IMG/VR virus record: IMGVR_UViG_3300030613_000010
Span: 4,353-68,352 of that record
DNA from: a virus
Taxonomy: Duplodnaviria; Caudoviricetes
Direction: 5' to 3' (one strand)
DNA: 64,000 bases
The translations under genes were made by a program, and so were the position numbers. The notes under the pieces are model-generated. The model saw only the letters and a list, made by a program, of their open reading frames with translations. It was not told the origin of the DNA and did not search any database. Below, in pieces: positions 45,715-55,136 of the stretch (position 1 is the first letter of the stretch; every line of letters begins with the position of its first letter).

Positions 45715-46425
45715 ATGGACCTGCCGCCTATCACTGTCGTCTTCACCGTTTTCATCCCACCCACTGAGGGTGGCACTTCTCGGCTCATGGGCGCGAAGCA
45801 GACGGTGATTTCGTGGGGTCGGCACTTGCGGTACGCTGGGAGCTTGCACCTTCACATCGCGGATGACTCGGTTGTGGCTGCCGAGGGGGAGATCGCCAAG
45901 ATAGAACAATTCAGCCCCTTTCCTACAACAATCTCGCACACGCACGGGAAGGGGCTTGGCGGAGCCATCAACGAGGGTATTAAGCACGCCTTCGGGCTCT
46001 CGCCACTGGTGCTCATGACTGACGACAGCTACTCTCTCGTCAATGACCTAGACCTGACGCCCTGGGCCACAGTGTTGATGAGGCACGAGGACATTGGGGC
46101 GCTGAGCATGATGCCACCTCGCCCTGGGCAGAACGGGGGAGAGGTTGCTTACATCTACAACATCCGGACAGAAGGGCTGGCTTGCATGGGATTCCACCGC
46201 CACGCCTTTGCTTGGAATGGCAGGCCTGCGCTCTACACCCAGCGGTGGTTCAACGCCTATGGCTGGTTCTTGGAGAATGTGTCTGGCTATGAGCTAGAGA
46301 TAGAGTACGCCAAACGATATGTAGATACACCGGGGCCTTCCATCATGTATCCCTTCTTTGACCCTTGGCAGCACGTATGGTCGGGTGTTCAACTGGGTGA
46401 CAAACCTCCGGGGTGGAACGGATGA
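45715..46425 (+). CDS. GT-A (GT2-like) glycosyltransferase
   Basis: HIADDS, GLGGAIN.G, LMTDDS. Confidence 0.7.
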   Translation: MDLPPITVVFTVFIPPTEGGTSRLMGAKQTVISWGRHLRYAGSLHLHIADDSVVAAEGEIAKIEQFSPFPTTISHTHGKGLGGAINEGIKHAFGLSPLVLMTDDSYSLVNDLDLTPWATVLMRHEDIGALSMMPPRPGQNGGEVAYIYNIRTEGLACMGFHRHAFAWNGRPALYTQRWFNAYGWFLENVSGYELEIEYAKRYVDTPGPSIMYPFFDPWQHVWSGVQLGDKPPGWNG

Positions 46426-47120
46426 CAGACCTACCAGAAATCAACCTTGTAGCGGCTATCTACTTTCCTCCTGATGAGCGAGGGCCAGTGCGAGAAGCGG
46501 GGTTCAGAGAGTCGCTCTACTCTTGGTATACCAATCTCTTCTACGGAGGGGAACTGCGGCTAGTCATGGTTAACGATGGGCCTCCTTTGCCGTCCTATCG
46601 CGAATGGCATCGGGAGTGCAAGAGCCTTGGCCACGAGCGTAGTGGTGTCGGTGGCTCGCTCAATGTCGGTTTCAAGGCTGCTCTCGAACGCTCACCGCTC
46701 ATCCTGAGCATCAACGATGATTGGCTGCTGACAAGGCAGCTTGACTTGACGCCATGGGCACAACTCTTGCTTGAGGACGAGCACTTCGGAGCGGTCAAAC
46801 TCATGGCCCCACATCCTGACACGAGCGGCAGGGTCACGCCGCTGTGGCGGACGCCTACTGAGCAGTACGGATGGGGCCTTATATTCGACAGGCGCAACCT
46901 GGCTGCGGGTCTTCTCCCGTCTCTCTACCATCAGCGCTTCTTCGATGCCTACGGCTGGTTCGATGAGAACATCAGCGCCTGGGAGTGTGAGCAGCGGTTC
47001 AATGCTCGTTTCTGCCAAGGTCAGGGGCTGGACATTGTTATGGCCCTACCGCCCTTCTGGGAGCCGGGACCAGGCAGCGCGGTGGACCTTGGGCAAGAGA
47101 GCCCGGTGGGAGTAAGCTGA
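46422..47120 (+). CDS. GT-A (GT2-like) glycosyltransferase
   Basis: VMVNDG, GVGGSLN.G, SINDDW; paralogous to its neighbours. Confidence 0.72.
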   Translation: MTDLPEINLVAAIYFPPDERGPVREAGFRESLYSWYTNLFYGGELRLVMVNDGPPLPSYREWHRECKSLGHERSGVGGSLNVGFKAALERSPLILSINDDWLLTRQLDLTPWAQLLLEDEHFGAVKLMAPHPDTSGRVTPLWRTPTEQYGWGLIFDRRNLAAGLLPSLYHQRFFDAYGWFDENISAWECEQRFNARFCQGQGLDIVMALPPFWEPGPGSAVDLGQESPVGVS

Positions 47121-47317
47121 TGGGAGTCAAGGACATCTGGGCTCGTTGGCGATCTCAGCGACTACGGCCAGGACAGAAATGCCCTATCTCTGGGCAGTAT
47201 CAGAACAGCCAGCACCATCGACAAGCCACTTGCGTCAAAGGTGAGAAAATGCCACCGGGGCCAAAGGGGTCGGTATGGCAGCTGAGTGATCCATCACGAC
47301 ATAAGGTCCCCTCATGA
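47120..47317 (+). CDS. YjzC-like small protein
   Basis: RPGQKCPISGQY...ATCVKGEKMPP...W.L.D. Confidence 0.65.
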   Translation: MGVKDIWARWRSQRLRPGQKCPISGQYQNSQHHRQATCVKGEKMPPGPKGSVWQLSDPSRHKVPS

Positions 47318-48021
47318 CTGACTGGCCTAATCTCTGCATCTGTCTCTTGACTTACAACCGGCTGGAGTATGCCCAGCGTACCTTGCGCTCGGCGCTGGAC
47401 AGCCTACATTACTCAGGCGAACTCCGCGTCCACATTGCCGATGATGGCACAGGAGAGGAGTATCGCCAGGGGCTGAAGGAACTGGCGGGTGGGTACTCTC
47501 ACATAGCTAGTGTGGGGATGTCAAACTCAGAGCGCCGGGGCTACGGGGCCAACTACAACTTAGCGATGCAGACGGTTCACAGTCACTCTCAGATTGTGCT
47601 ACCCCTGGAGGATGATTGGCAGCTAATGCGGCCGTTTGACCTTGATCCTCTGGTAATGGCATTAGACGAGAAGAAGTTTGGCTGCATCCGGTTGGGCTAT
47701 CTAGGGATGACTCAGCCTTTGTACGGGGAGTTTGTGATAGCTAACGGGATCATCTGGTTGCTCCTCGATCCGGAGTCGGCCGAGCCTCACGTTTTCGCCG
47801 GGCACCCACGCTTGGAGACGGTTGAGTGGGAGCGGACAGTGGGGCCGTGGCCGGAGGAGCTTGACCCTAATACGACTGAGTTTGTGGTCACGCACAGTGT
47901 TGATGCACGGACGGGCGTGGTCTGGCCCGTGGCTCTGTTGACCACTAATGGTGGGCTGTTTGCCCATATCGGCTCCGAACGGGCTCCTAGCGAAGTTATC
48001 TCCATAGAGGCGGGCGGATGA
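47314..48021 (+). CDS. GT2 glycosyltransferase
   Basis: CLLTYNR, HIADDGT, GYGAN.N, PLEDDW. Confidence 0.8.
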   Translation: MTDWPNLCICLLTYNRLEYAQRTLRSALDSLHYSGELRVHIADDGTGEEYRQGLKELAGGYSHIASVGMSNSERRGYGANYNLAMQTVHSHSQIVLPLEDDWQLMRPFDLDPLVMALDEKKFGCIRLGYLGMTQPLYGEFVIANGIIWLLLDPESAEPHVFAGHPRLETVEWERTVGPWPEELDPNTTEFVVTHSVDARTGVVWPVALLTTNGGLFAHIGSERAPSEVISIEAGG

Positions 48022-50753
48022 AGGTCCACATCTATCCATCGTTCGCTGGTGAAGATAAAGGCGACGGTGGCATCCGTCGGGTAGTCGAAGCTCAGATGAA
48101 GCACCTACCTGCCTTCGATGTGGAGCTGGTAGACGCTAAGAAGGCCGACATCATCGCTTGCCATGCCATGGCCCCTGACACCTATTTCAATCTCTACCCC
48201 GACAAGTCCTTTGTGGCTCACAACCACGGCCTCTACTGGGCGGAGTACGATTGGCCCGCCTGGGCTATCAAGGCCAACAAGGACTGCATGGAGCTGATAC
48301 GGCGGGCCGATCTGGTGACGGCTCCTTCGGAATGGGTAGCTCAGGTACTCAGGCGACACACGATGCGTGACGTAGTGCCGGTGGGCCATGGCATCAGCTT
48401 AGAGGAGTTCTCACCAGCAGATGAACAATGGGGCTATGTCCTGTGGAACAAGACCCGTGTGGACCCGATCTGCGACCCTTCCCCAGTCAACGCGCTGGCT
48501 AAGCTGATGCCTCAGCAGAAGTTTGTCACCACCTTTGGCCAGCCGGCAGAGAACGTGGTAGTGAGCGGTGTGGTGCCTTACGAAGAGGCCAAAGAGGTCC
48601 TTGCGCGGGCTGGTGTTTACCTCTGCACCACAAGGGAGACATTCGGCATTGGCACCCTTGAGGCGATGGCCTCTGGTGTGCCAGTAGTGGGCTGGGCTTG
48701 GGGCGGACAGTGTGAGATCATCGAGCACAAGAAGACAGGTTGGCTTGTAGAGCCGGGAGACTTCAAGGGCCTGGCAGAAGGCGTGCACTGGGCGCTGGGC
48801 GGCCGTGTAGAGATTGCTGAACGAAGTCGAGAGCTGGTTGAGAAACAGTACCCATGGCCGGTGGTCATCCAGCGATATGCTGACCTCTACAGCAGCCTGC
48901 TACGTAGGCCTGCTGGTCCCAAAGTCTCTGTGGTGGTGACGGCCTACAGCCTTGAGCAGTACCTGCCTGAGTGCCTTCAGTCCATCTTGGCTCAGACCTT
49001 GCAAGATTGGGAGTGCATCATCGTTGACGACGCCTCGCCGGACAACTGCGGTGCCATCGCCGATGAGTGGCAGTCACGTGACCCTCGCTTTCGGGCAGTC
49101 CACAATGCTGAGAACCAATACCTTGCAGGAGCGAGGAACACCGGCGCTTCAGTGGCAAGAGGCCAGTACATTCTCCCCCTTGATGCTGATGATATGCTGG
49201 CTGCACCAGCCTTAGAGCTTTTGGCCAAGGCCCTCGACAAAGATCGGAGTATCCATGTCGCCTATGGCAACGTGCTCTTCCTGGAGCCCGATGGTAAGAC
49301 CTGGCACTCAGGCTGGCCAATGCCCTACCGGCACGACTGGCAGCTCTCACAGCGCAACCTGCTACCCTACTGCTCCATGTTCAGGCGACAAGTCTGGGAG
49401 GTTACGAAAGGTTATCGCACCCGCTGCCGGACGGCTGAGGACGCCGATTTCTGGTGTAGGGCCAGCAGCTACGGCTTCCGCCCGGCGATGGTGACTAATT
49501 CTGACACCCTCATCTACCGCAATCGTCATGACTCCATGAGCCGTGAGATCAAGATGCCCGACTGGTCAGCGTGGTTCCCCTGGTCTACCTTGCCAGAGAT
49601 CACACCGGCTGGGGCTGTTACTGAGGCCCAGATGCCTGTGCCCAGCCTTGAGCCAGTCAAGGTCTCAGTTATCATCCCTGTAGGGTTGGGCCATGAGAAG
49701 TTGGTGCAGGATGCGATTGACTCGGTCGACGCCCAGACCTTCCGCCGGTGGGAGTGCATCGTCGTCAATGATAGTGGGCATCAGCTTAATCTGCCAAGTT
49801 GGGTAAAACTGCTCTGTGGTGACGCTACCTGCCCCTGTAATGATGGGGACGCCTGTCACTATCAGGGTAAAAAACCAATGGCCTACACGCCAAAAGGAGT
49901 GGCAGCGGCCCGCAACCTCGGTATCAAGGCCAGCACAGCCAGGCTCTTTGTTCCTCTTGATGCCGATGACTTCCTGCAGCCTGATTGCCTTGAGGTGCTG
50001 CTCCAGGTCTGGGAGGAGGTCAAGGGCGGAGTCATTTATAGCGACTGGTGGCAGGAGTTCGCAGACGGCAGTATCACGCTTTACGAAGCCCCTGATTACG
50101 ATCCTAAGCTCCTGACTACCAAGGGCTGTATCTATGCTGTCACTGCTCTTTACTCCAAGGCTGACTGGGAGCTGGTGGGTGGCTTCGATGAGAAACTGGA
50201 GGCCTGGGAGGACTGGGACTACCAGCTCAAGCTGGCAGACAAAGGTATCTGCGGGAGCCGAGTCCCATCTCCCCTCTGGGTCTATCGGAAACATACAGGC
50301 TTCCGGCGCGAAGATCATTATGCTCGGAAGGAAGAGACCAGAGCCATTATGATGGCACAGTGGCCGGGGCTTTGGGAGGATGGGGAGAAAAGGAGGGAGC
50401 TGATGGCTTGTGGAGGATGCAGGCAGGGTGGAGCTAGAATGGCACCTTCGGCTCCCCCTCCTATGAGGAAAACAGAGGCTGCCACCAATCAGGATGTGGT
50501 GGTGGTCGAGTACACTGGTGCTGCTCAAGGTGGGCGCAGTTTCAGAGCCCCCACCGGCACAACCTACCGCTTCGATGGCACTACTGCTGGACGGTTGAAA
50601 TATGTCCTGCGGGAAGATGCAAAGATGTTTGAGGGTCGTCGGGACTTCCGGGTCCTTGATCTGCCTAGCACCCAGCACAAGAACGGTGGCGAGAAGAAAG
50701 AAGGCCCAGAGCTGATAGCTGCTGGGCCACCAAGACGAGATGTTGTGGCTTGA
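48018..50753 (+). CDS. three-domain glycosyltransferase (GT4 + GT2 + GT2) with extra C-terminal module
   Basis: GT4: ETFGIGTLEAMASGVPVV; GT2a: VVVTAY..VDDAS..LPLDADD; GT2b: VIIPV..VNDSG..VPLDADD..EDWD. Confidence 0.9.
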   Translation: MKVHIYPSFAGEDKGDGGIRRVVEAQMKHLPAFDVELVDAKKADIIACHAMAPDTYFNLYPDKSFVAHNHGLYWAEYDWPAWAIKANKDCMELIRRADLVTAPSEWVAQVLRRHTMRDVVPVGHGISLEEFSPADEQWGYVLWNKTRVDPICDPSPVNALAKLMPQQKFVTTFGQPAENVVVSGVVPYEEAKEVLARAGVYLCTTRETFGIGTLEAMASGVPVVGWAWGGQCEIIEHKKTGWLVEPGDFKGLAEGVHWALGGRVEIAERSRELVEKQYPWPVVIQRYADLYSSLLRRPAGPKVSVVVTAYSLEQYLPECLQSILAQTLQDWECIIVDDASPDNCGAIADEWQSRDPRFRAVHNAENQYLAGARNTGASVARGQYILPLDADDMLAAPALELLAKALDKDRSIHVAYGNVLFLEPDGKTWHSGWPMPYRHDWQLSQRNLLPYCSMFRRQVWEVTKGYRTRCRTAEDADFWCRASSYGFRPAMVTNSDTLIYRNRHDSMSREIKMPDWSAWFPWSTLPEITPAGAVTEAQMPVPSLEPVKVSVIIPVGLGHEKLVQDAIDSVDAQTFRRWECIVVNDSGHQLNLPSWVKLLCGDATCPCNDGDACHYQGKKPMAYTPKGVAAARNLGIKASTARLFVPLDADDFLQPDCLEVLLQVWEEVKGGVIYSDWWQEFADGSITLYEAPDYDPKLLTTKGCIYAVTALYSKADWELVGGFDEKLEAWEDWDYQLKLADKGICGSRVPSPLWVYRKHTGFRREDHYARKEETRAIMMAQWPGLWEDGEKRRELMACGGCRQGGARMAPSAPPPMRKTEAATNQDVVVVEYTGAAQGGRSFRAPTGTTYRFDGTTAGRLKYVLREDAKMFEGRRDFRVLDLPSTQHKNGGEKKEGPELIAAGPPRRDVVA

Positions 50754-51057
50754 ATTGGTGGCTGTAGGCCTAGCTTCGTGGCGTCTGGCTTCCCTCTTGT
50801 GTAGTGAGGTCGGCCCGATGAGGGTCTTTGTCCGCTTGCGGTCGCTGTTTGGTATTGAGCATGATGCCGAGGGTAACCCAACGACCTGGCCAGATAATCT
50901 GGCCGCTGGCCTTTTGTCCTGCGTCTGGTGCGCCAGCATCTGGGCGGTTTTCCTCTTGTGGGGTATTTGGCAGTGGCGCTGGGAGCCGGTGATGCTGCTG
51001 GCCGCCTCGACTATAGCTATCGGAGCAGAGAGGTGGAACCGTGGCTCTACCAATTAG
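50740..51057 (+). CDS. DUF1360-like membrane protein
   Basis: LASWRL..L...GP...F..LR...L.C.WC.SIW. Confidence 0.7.
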   Translation: MLWLELVAVGLASWRLASLLCSEVGPMRVFVRLRSLFGIEHDAEGNPTTWPDNLAAGLLSCVWCASIWAVFLLWGIWQWRWEPVMLLAASTIAIGAERWNRGSTN

Positions 51058-51241
51058 TCTGTGTCAATTCATCTACCTACACAAGCAGCGACCTGTCACG
51101 TTAGAGAAGTATGAAGATGGGTACGAGTTGCGCCATTACCGCTGTCGTTGGTGTGGCTCGACAAGTGGATTAGTTGTTGAGGGGCCTAACTCGATGACAG
51201 ACTGGCGGCGGTTTAAGGGTGCTCATTATGGCCAGGGCTAG
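51041..51241 (+). CDS. small Cys/His protein
   Basis: C...H...CRWCG. Confidence 0.5.
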   Translation: MALPISLCQFIYLHKQRPVTLEKYEDGYELRHYRCRWCGSTSGLVVEGPNSMTDWRRFKGAHYGQG

Positions 51242-52475
51242 CACATTGACAAAGCTCTCTATCGACCGCTGGGCGCACCTACTGGGCATCCACCCTCTGC
51301 ATATCAACCAAGTACAGATACTGGTCAATGGGGAGCCACTGGGCTATTCATGCAATCACCTTTGGCACCAGCATGCTTGGCAATCCGCAGACCAGGTGAG
51401 CCGTGAGGACCTGGCCCAAGCCATCAGGCAGGCCGAGGACGACATCGAACGGCTGCTGGGTTTCCGCCTGGCTCCGGCCTGGGAGGTAGATGAGTGGAAG
51501 CCGACAGCTAGGCCCCGGCAGCCTGAGAACGTCAACTACTACGGGACCGACATCCGAGGCTACGCTGCTGGTGTACAGGTTAATTGGGGACACTTCATCT
51601 CAGGCGGTGTCAAGGCCAAGACACTCATCGGTGCTCTAGCAGCCATTGCCTGGAGCGATGTTGATGGGGACAGCTACGATGAGACAGGAACAATCTCGGT
51701 GGCTACCACAATCACCGACGAGTGTGAGATCGGTGTCTACTACCCAGGCAAGGCTGGAGCCGACGAGTGGGAGATCAAGCCCATCAATGTCTCAATTGCT
51801 GGGGGTGTGGCCACCATCACCTTCCGCCGGGAGTTGTGCGTCCTGGAAGCCTTGCAGGAGGCCTTGGTCCCGGCAGCAGTTGATGGCCTCGACGATGCCA
51901 GCTTCCTCGACGAGGTCGATGTCTATCGAAAGTGGAATGACCCACAGACGCAAGCGTCTTTCTTGTGGGAACACCTACCAGGCACTTGTGGCTGCGGCGA
52001 TGCTACCTGCCAGGTTTGCCAATACAGCGCCCAGGCGGGTTGTCTGAATGTGCGTGATGCCAGACGGTCACTCATCACTTACTCCCCAGCCACCTGGGAT
52101 GCAGCGGCTGCGACCCTCGACTCGGCTGCATGGGCGGTGGGGCGACAGCCAGATATCGTGAGGCTGTACTACAAGGCTGGTCTCCGGCGCAATGACCTGG
52201 CCTGTCCCGACTGGTCTATGGACCCAGCTTGGGAGCGCATCGTTGCTGCTTATGCAGCCTCGCTCCTTGACCGCCCAGTCTGCGATTGCAGCAACGTGGC
52301 AGGCAAGATAGAGCAGTACCGGACAGACCTTGCCTTCAGCAGTGGAGCAACTGAGCTTGCAAGCTACTCTCTGAGCCCTGAGGACCTCGCTAACCCTCTG
52401 GGCACTACGAGAGGGGCTGTTATGGCCTGGAAACGGGTCAAGCAAGAGAGTCTAGGGGAGGCCATCTGTGCATGA
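51228..52475 (+). CDS. virion head-tail adaptor/neck protein (putative)
   Basis: About 415 aa between the head and tail genes; AEDDIERLLGF..AP.W...V...YKAG pattern. Confidence 0.55.
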   Translation: MARASTLTKLSIDRWAHLLGIHPLHINQVQILVNGEPLGYSCNHLWHQHAWQSADQVSREDLAQAIRQAEDDIERLLGFRLAPAWEVDEWKPTARPRQPENVNYYGTDIRGYAAGVQVNWGHFISGGVKAKTLIGALAAIAWSDVDGDSYDETGTISVATTITDECEIGVYYPGKAGADEWEIKPINVSIAGGVATITFRRELCVLEALQEALVPAAVDGLDDASFLDEVDVYRKWNDPQTQASFLWEHLPGTCGCGDATCQVCQYSAQAGCLNVRDARRSLITYSPATWDAAAATLDSAAWAVGRQPDIVRLYYKAGLRRNDLACPDWSMDPAWERIVAAYAASLLDRPVCDCSNVAGKIEQYRTDLAFSSGATELASYSLSPEDLANPLGTTRGAVMAWKRVKQESLGEAICA

Positions 52476-52905
52476 GTCAAGGTACACTGATGAAAGGGGG
52501 CGTCGATGGAAAGTACTGCTTCCGGATGGAGTGCCGGACGCTGAGGCCAGCATGGGCATACCTGCCGGGCCACCCTCCCTGGAGTCCTTAGGACTGCCAG
52601 AGGAGATAGAGGCCCGGCTCCATAACCAGCTCTTCGACCGGAGCCTTTTCAGCTTCAAGGATGTGCGGGCCAGGCCGGTCGATGTGATGGGTGCCTTGAT
52701 GGCCGCTCTCAAGGTTGACAAGGGGCGGATAGTCGCTCTCTACCTGGAGGCAGAGGGAGCTGGAGGAAGGAATGGGAAACGACCCGTCTCTTCAGAAGAC
52801 AAGTCAGACCCGCATCTGGATCATAGCAGACCGGGCCGGGCCGTCACACGTCCCAACCTACCAAGGGCGAGGACGCGCAACAGGCCTGACCTGGCCCCAA
52901 GGTGA
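52468..52905 (+). CDS. hypothetical virion-operon protein
   Basis: Y.DERGR.W.V.LP...GIP.GPP.L..LGLP...LHN.L. Confidence 0.6.
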   Translation: MHESRYTDERGRRWKVLLPDGVPDAEASMGIPAGPPSLESLGLPEEIEARLHNQLFDRSLFSFKDVRARPVDVMGALMAALKVDKGRIVALYLEAEGAGGRNGKRPVSSEDKSDPHLDHSRPGRAVTRPNLPRARTRNRPDLAPR

Positions 52906-54277
52906 TGTAACTCCTATAAGGGCACCGTCACCTGACGAATCCGAGAAGTTCCTGACGGTCGATACCTTAATTGGCCAGCAGGGGCTGCCTTCCCTGACTA
53001 CAGAGTTCCGGCTCACACGGGACCTCTCGGATGTGCTGAAGCTGGTCCGCAAAGGGTGTCCTGTGGACCTGCAGCTTCACGCCGGGGCCTGCAAAGAGCC
53101 GACCAACTTCAACAAAGGCTGGGAGAAGGTCTATGTCCTGGAGAATGCCAGGGCTACGGACTACGGCACTAGTGATCTGGGCGCTCTCAGTGACGACCAG
53201 AATGCTGTCTCCCTGGAGACGGTGCCCTGGTCAGGTGACAACTGGTTCGAGATCGCTCGTCTCATCCCAGCAGAATTGGGGGAGACTGAGATTGCCCAAG
53301 AGATTATCGCTGTCGTCATCTGTGACTCGGCGAGTTGTGGGGCTTGTGGTATAGCCAGCGATGGTTGCCAAAAGGTCTTTGCACTCACCTTGTCGGCTGG
53401 TGGCTCACCTGGTCTCCCGGCCGAGGTGATCTACTCGCCGGATGCTGGCATGACTCTTGGGGACACCAACATCACCACCCTTCCTGCCAACCGGGACCCA
53501 TCCGATATGGCTTGTGTAGGCATCCATCTGGTGGTAATTAGCAACATGGATGATGCTCTGCATTATGCCGAGCTGGCGGACATCCTCAATGCTGCCGAGA
53601 CCTGGGCACGGGTGGGCACAGGTTTTGTCGGCGCTGGGTCCCCCAACGCCATCTTCAGCGTCAACTCTATCATGACCTGGATCGTCGGTGATGGTGGGTA
53701 CATCTACTTCACCAGTGACCCGACGACTGGGGTTGTGGTGCAGAATGCTGGGGTGGCAACGATCGAGAATCTGAACGACGTCCACTTCATAAATGAGCTG
53801 AATGGTGTGGCTGTTGGGGCTGCCAACGCTGTTGTAGTCACTGCTAATGGAGGAGCAACCTGGTCGGCCATCACTGGCCCGGCTCCGGCAGTGGTCCTCA
53901 ACTGCGTGTGGATGAAGAGCCGTCTGGAGTGGTTTGTGGGAACTGCTGGCGGCGAACTTTACTACACAGTTGATGGCGGAGTCAACTGGACTGCCAAAGC
54001 CTTCCCAGGCTCTGGTGCAGGACAAGTCCGGGAGATCAGCTTCGCAACCAACAGCGTAGGCTACATGGCGCACGACACAGCTACCCCGGCGGGTCGCATC
54101 CTGCGGACCATCGACGGTGGCTACACCTGGTACGTGCTGCCAGAGGAGACAGGTACGATGCCTGCCAACGACCGGATCAATGCCCTCGCTGCCTGCGAGG
54201 AGGACGTGAACCTGGTCTATGGTGGTGGGCTAGCGGACGATGCCATCGATGGCATCTTGGTGAAGGCTTCGGCCTAG
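52772..54277 (+). CDS. major tail tube protein with C-terminal beta-propeller (BNR/YCF48-like)
   Basis: Directly before the chaperone and tape measure genes; T.DGG..W repeats. Confidence 0.65.
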   Translation: MGNDPSLQKTSQTRIWIIADRAGPSHVPTYQGRGRATGLTWPQGDVTPIRAPSPDESEKFLTVDTLIGQQGLPSLTTEFRLTRDLSDVLKLVRKGCPVDLQLHAGACKEPTNFNKGWEKVYVLENARATDYGTSDLGALSDDQNAVSLETVPWSGDNWFEIARLIPAELGETEIAQEIIAVVICDSASCGACGIASDGCQKVFALTLSAGGSPGLPAEVIYSPDAGMTLGDTNITTLPANRDPSDMACVGIHLVVISNMDDALHYAELADILNAAETWARVGTGFVGAGSPNAIFSVNSIMTWIVGDGGYIYFTSDPTTGVVVQNAGVATIENLNDVHFINELNGVAVGAANAVVVTANGGATWSAITGPAPAVVLNCVWMKSRLEWFVGTAGGELYYTVDGGVNWTAKAFPGSGAGQVREISFATNSVGYMAHDTATPAGRILRTIDGGYTWYVLPEETGTMPANDRINALAACEEDVNLVYGGGLADDAIDGILVKASA

Positions 54278-54298
54278 TAGTCCAGAAAGGGCGGACAA

Positions 54299-54985
54299 GT
54301 GGACAGAGACATCACTATGGGTGATGTGATGGCAGCCAAGGAGGCAGCCGCCGAAGTAGCGGCTGAGGAACAGGGCTGGGAGCTACCTCCCAGGGAGCTG
54401 ACCTTGAGTACAGGCATCACCCTCAAGCTCAAGCCCGTGCCACAAGCCGTTATCAGGCGTGCTGCCTCCAAGGTGCCCAGGCCGGTGCCTCCGAAGTTCT
54501 TTGTGCCGGACAAGGATCGGGAAGAGGAGAATCCCGATGATCCGGATTATCTCCGGGCTGTTGATGAGTGGACAGCTCAGCAGGCTCTGGCTGTCCAGAA
54601 GGTTGTCTATCTGATGGGCACAGAACCTGCGATGATACCCGATGGTGCAGAGGGGCCACAGGGGCAAGGGTGGCCTGAAGTCCCTCTGTACCTCGGGATC
54701 ATCAGCGAAGAGGAATTGGAGAATCCTTACTTACGCTATATTGCCTGGCTGGAGACCTATGCAGCCAGGACAGAGAAGGACCAGCTCGATCTCCTAACGC
54801 TCCCCATACAGTTAGCTGGCATCACTGAGCAGGAGGTGATGAACGCTATTACTTCCTTTCGCAGTCGAGCGAGAGGAGGAGCCGATAACGGAAGCCCAGC
54901 TCCGGCGGGCGGTGAAGACGGGGATAACCTACCACGCGCACTGCGCCGGGCTCGTGCCCGAAGTGGAAGAAAGAGAGGCGGCTAG
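54299..54985 (+). CDS. tail assembly chaperone (G)
   Basis: Position before the tape measure gene; TCC TTT CGC slip site at 54854-54862. Confidence 0.75.
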   Translation: MDRDITMGDVMAAKEAAAEVAAEEQGWELPPRELTLSTGITLKLKPVPQAVIRRAASKVPRPVPPKFFVPDKDREEENPDDPDYLRAVDEWTAQQALAVQKVVYLMGTEPAMIPDGAEGPQGQGWPEVPLYLGIISEEELENPYLRYIAWLETYAARTEKDQLDLLTLPIQLAGITEQEVMNAITSFRSRARGGADNGSPAPAGGEDGDNLPRALRRARARSGRKRGG

Positions 54986-55136
54986 GTTCAACGGCTACAC
55001 CTGGGTGGCTTGGGAGCAGCTCAAGCGCCGTGAGCAGGTTGATAGTGTGGCCTACTTCCGGTTGGCGAAGCTGATAGACATGCACAAAGACGAAGCGGTG
55101 TACGAGGATGCAGAGAGGCGGAGCAAGAGGCGCTAA
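54860..55136 (+). CDS. tail assembly chaperone extension (GT) in the +1 frame
   Basis: The +1 frame stays open from the slip site: AVEREEEPI...EEREAARFNGYTW..W...VAYFRL. Confidence 0.6.

Noticed and set aside
49665-51053. 462 aa minus-strand ORF
   Set aside because: Antisense to the glycosyltransferase and DUF1360-like genes; no motifs or SD.
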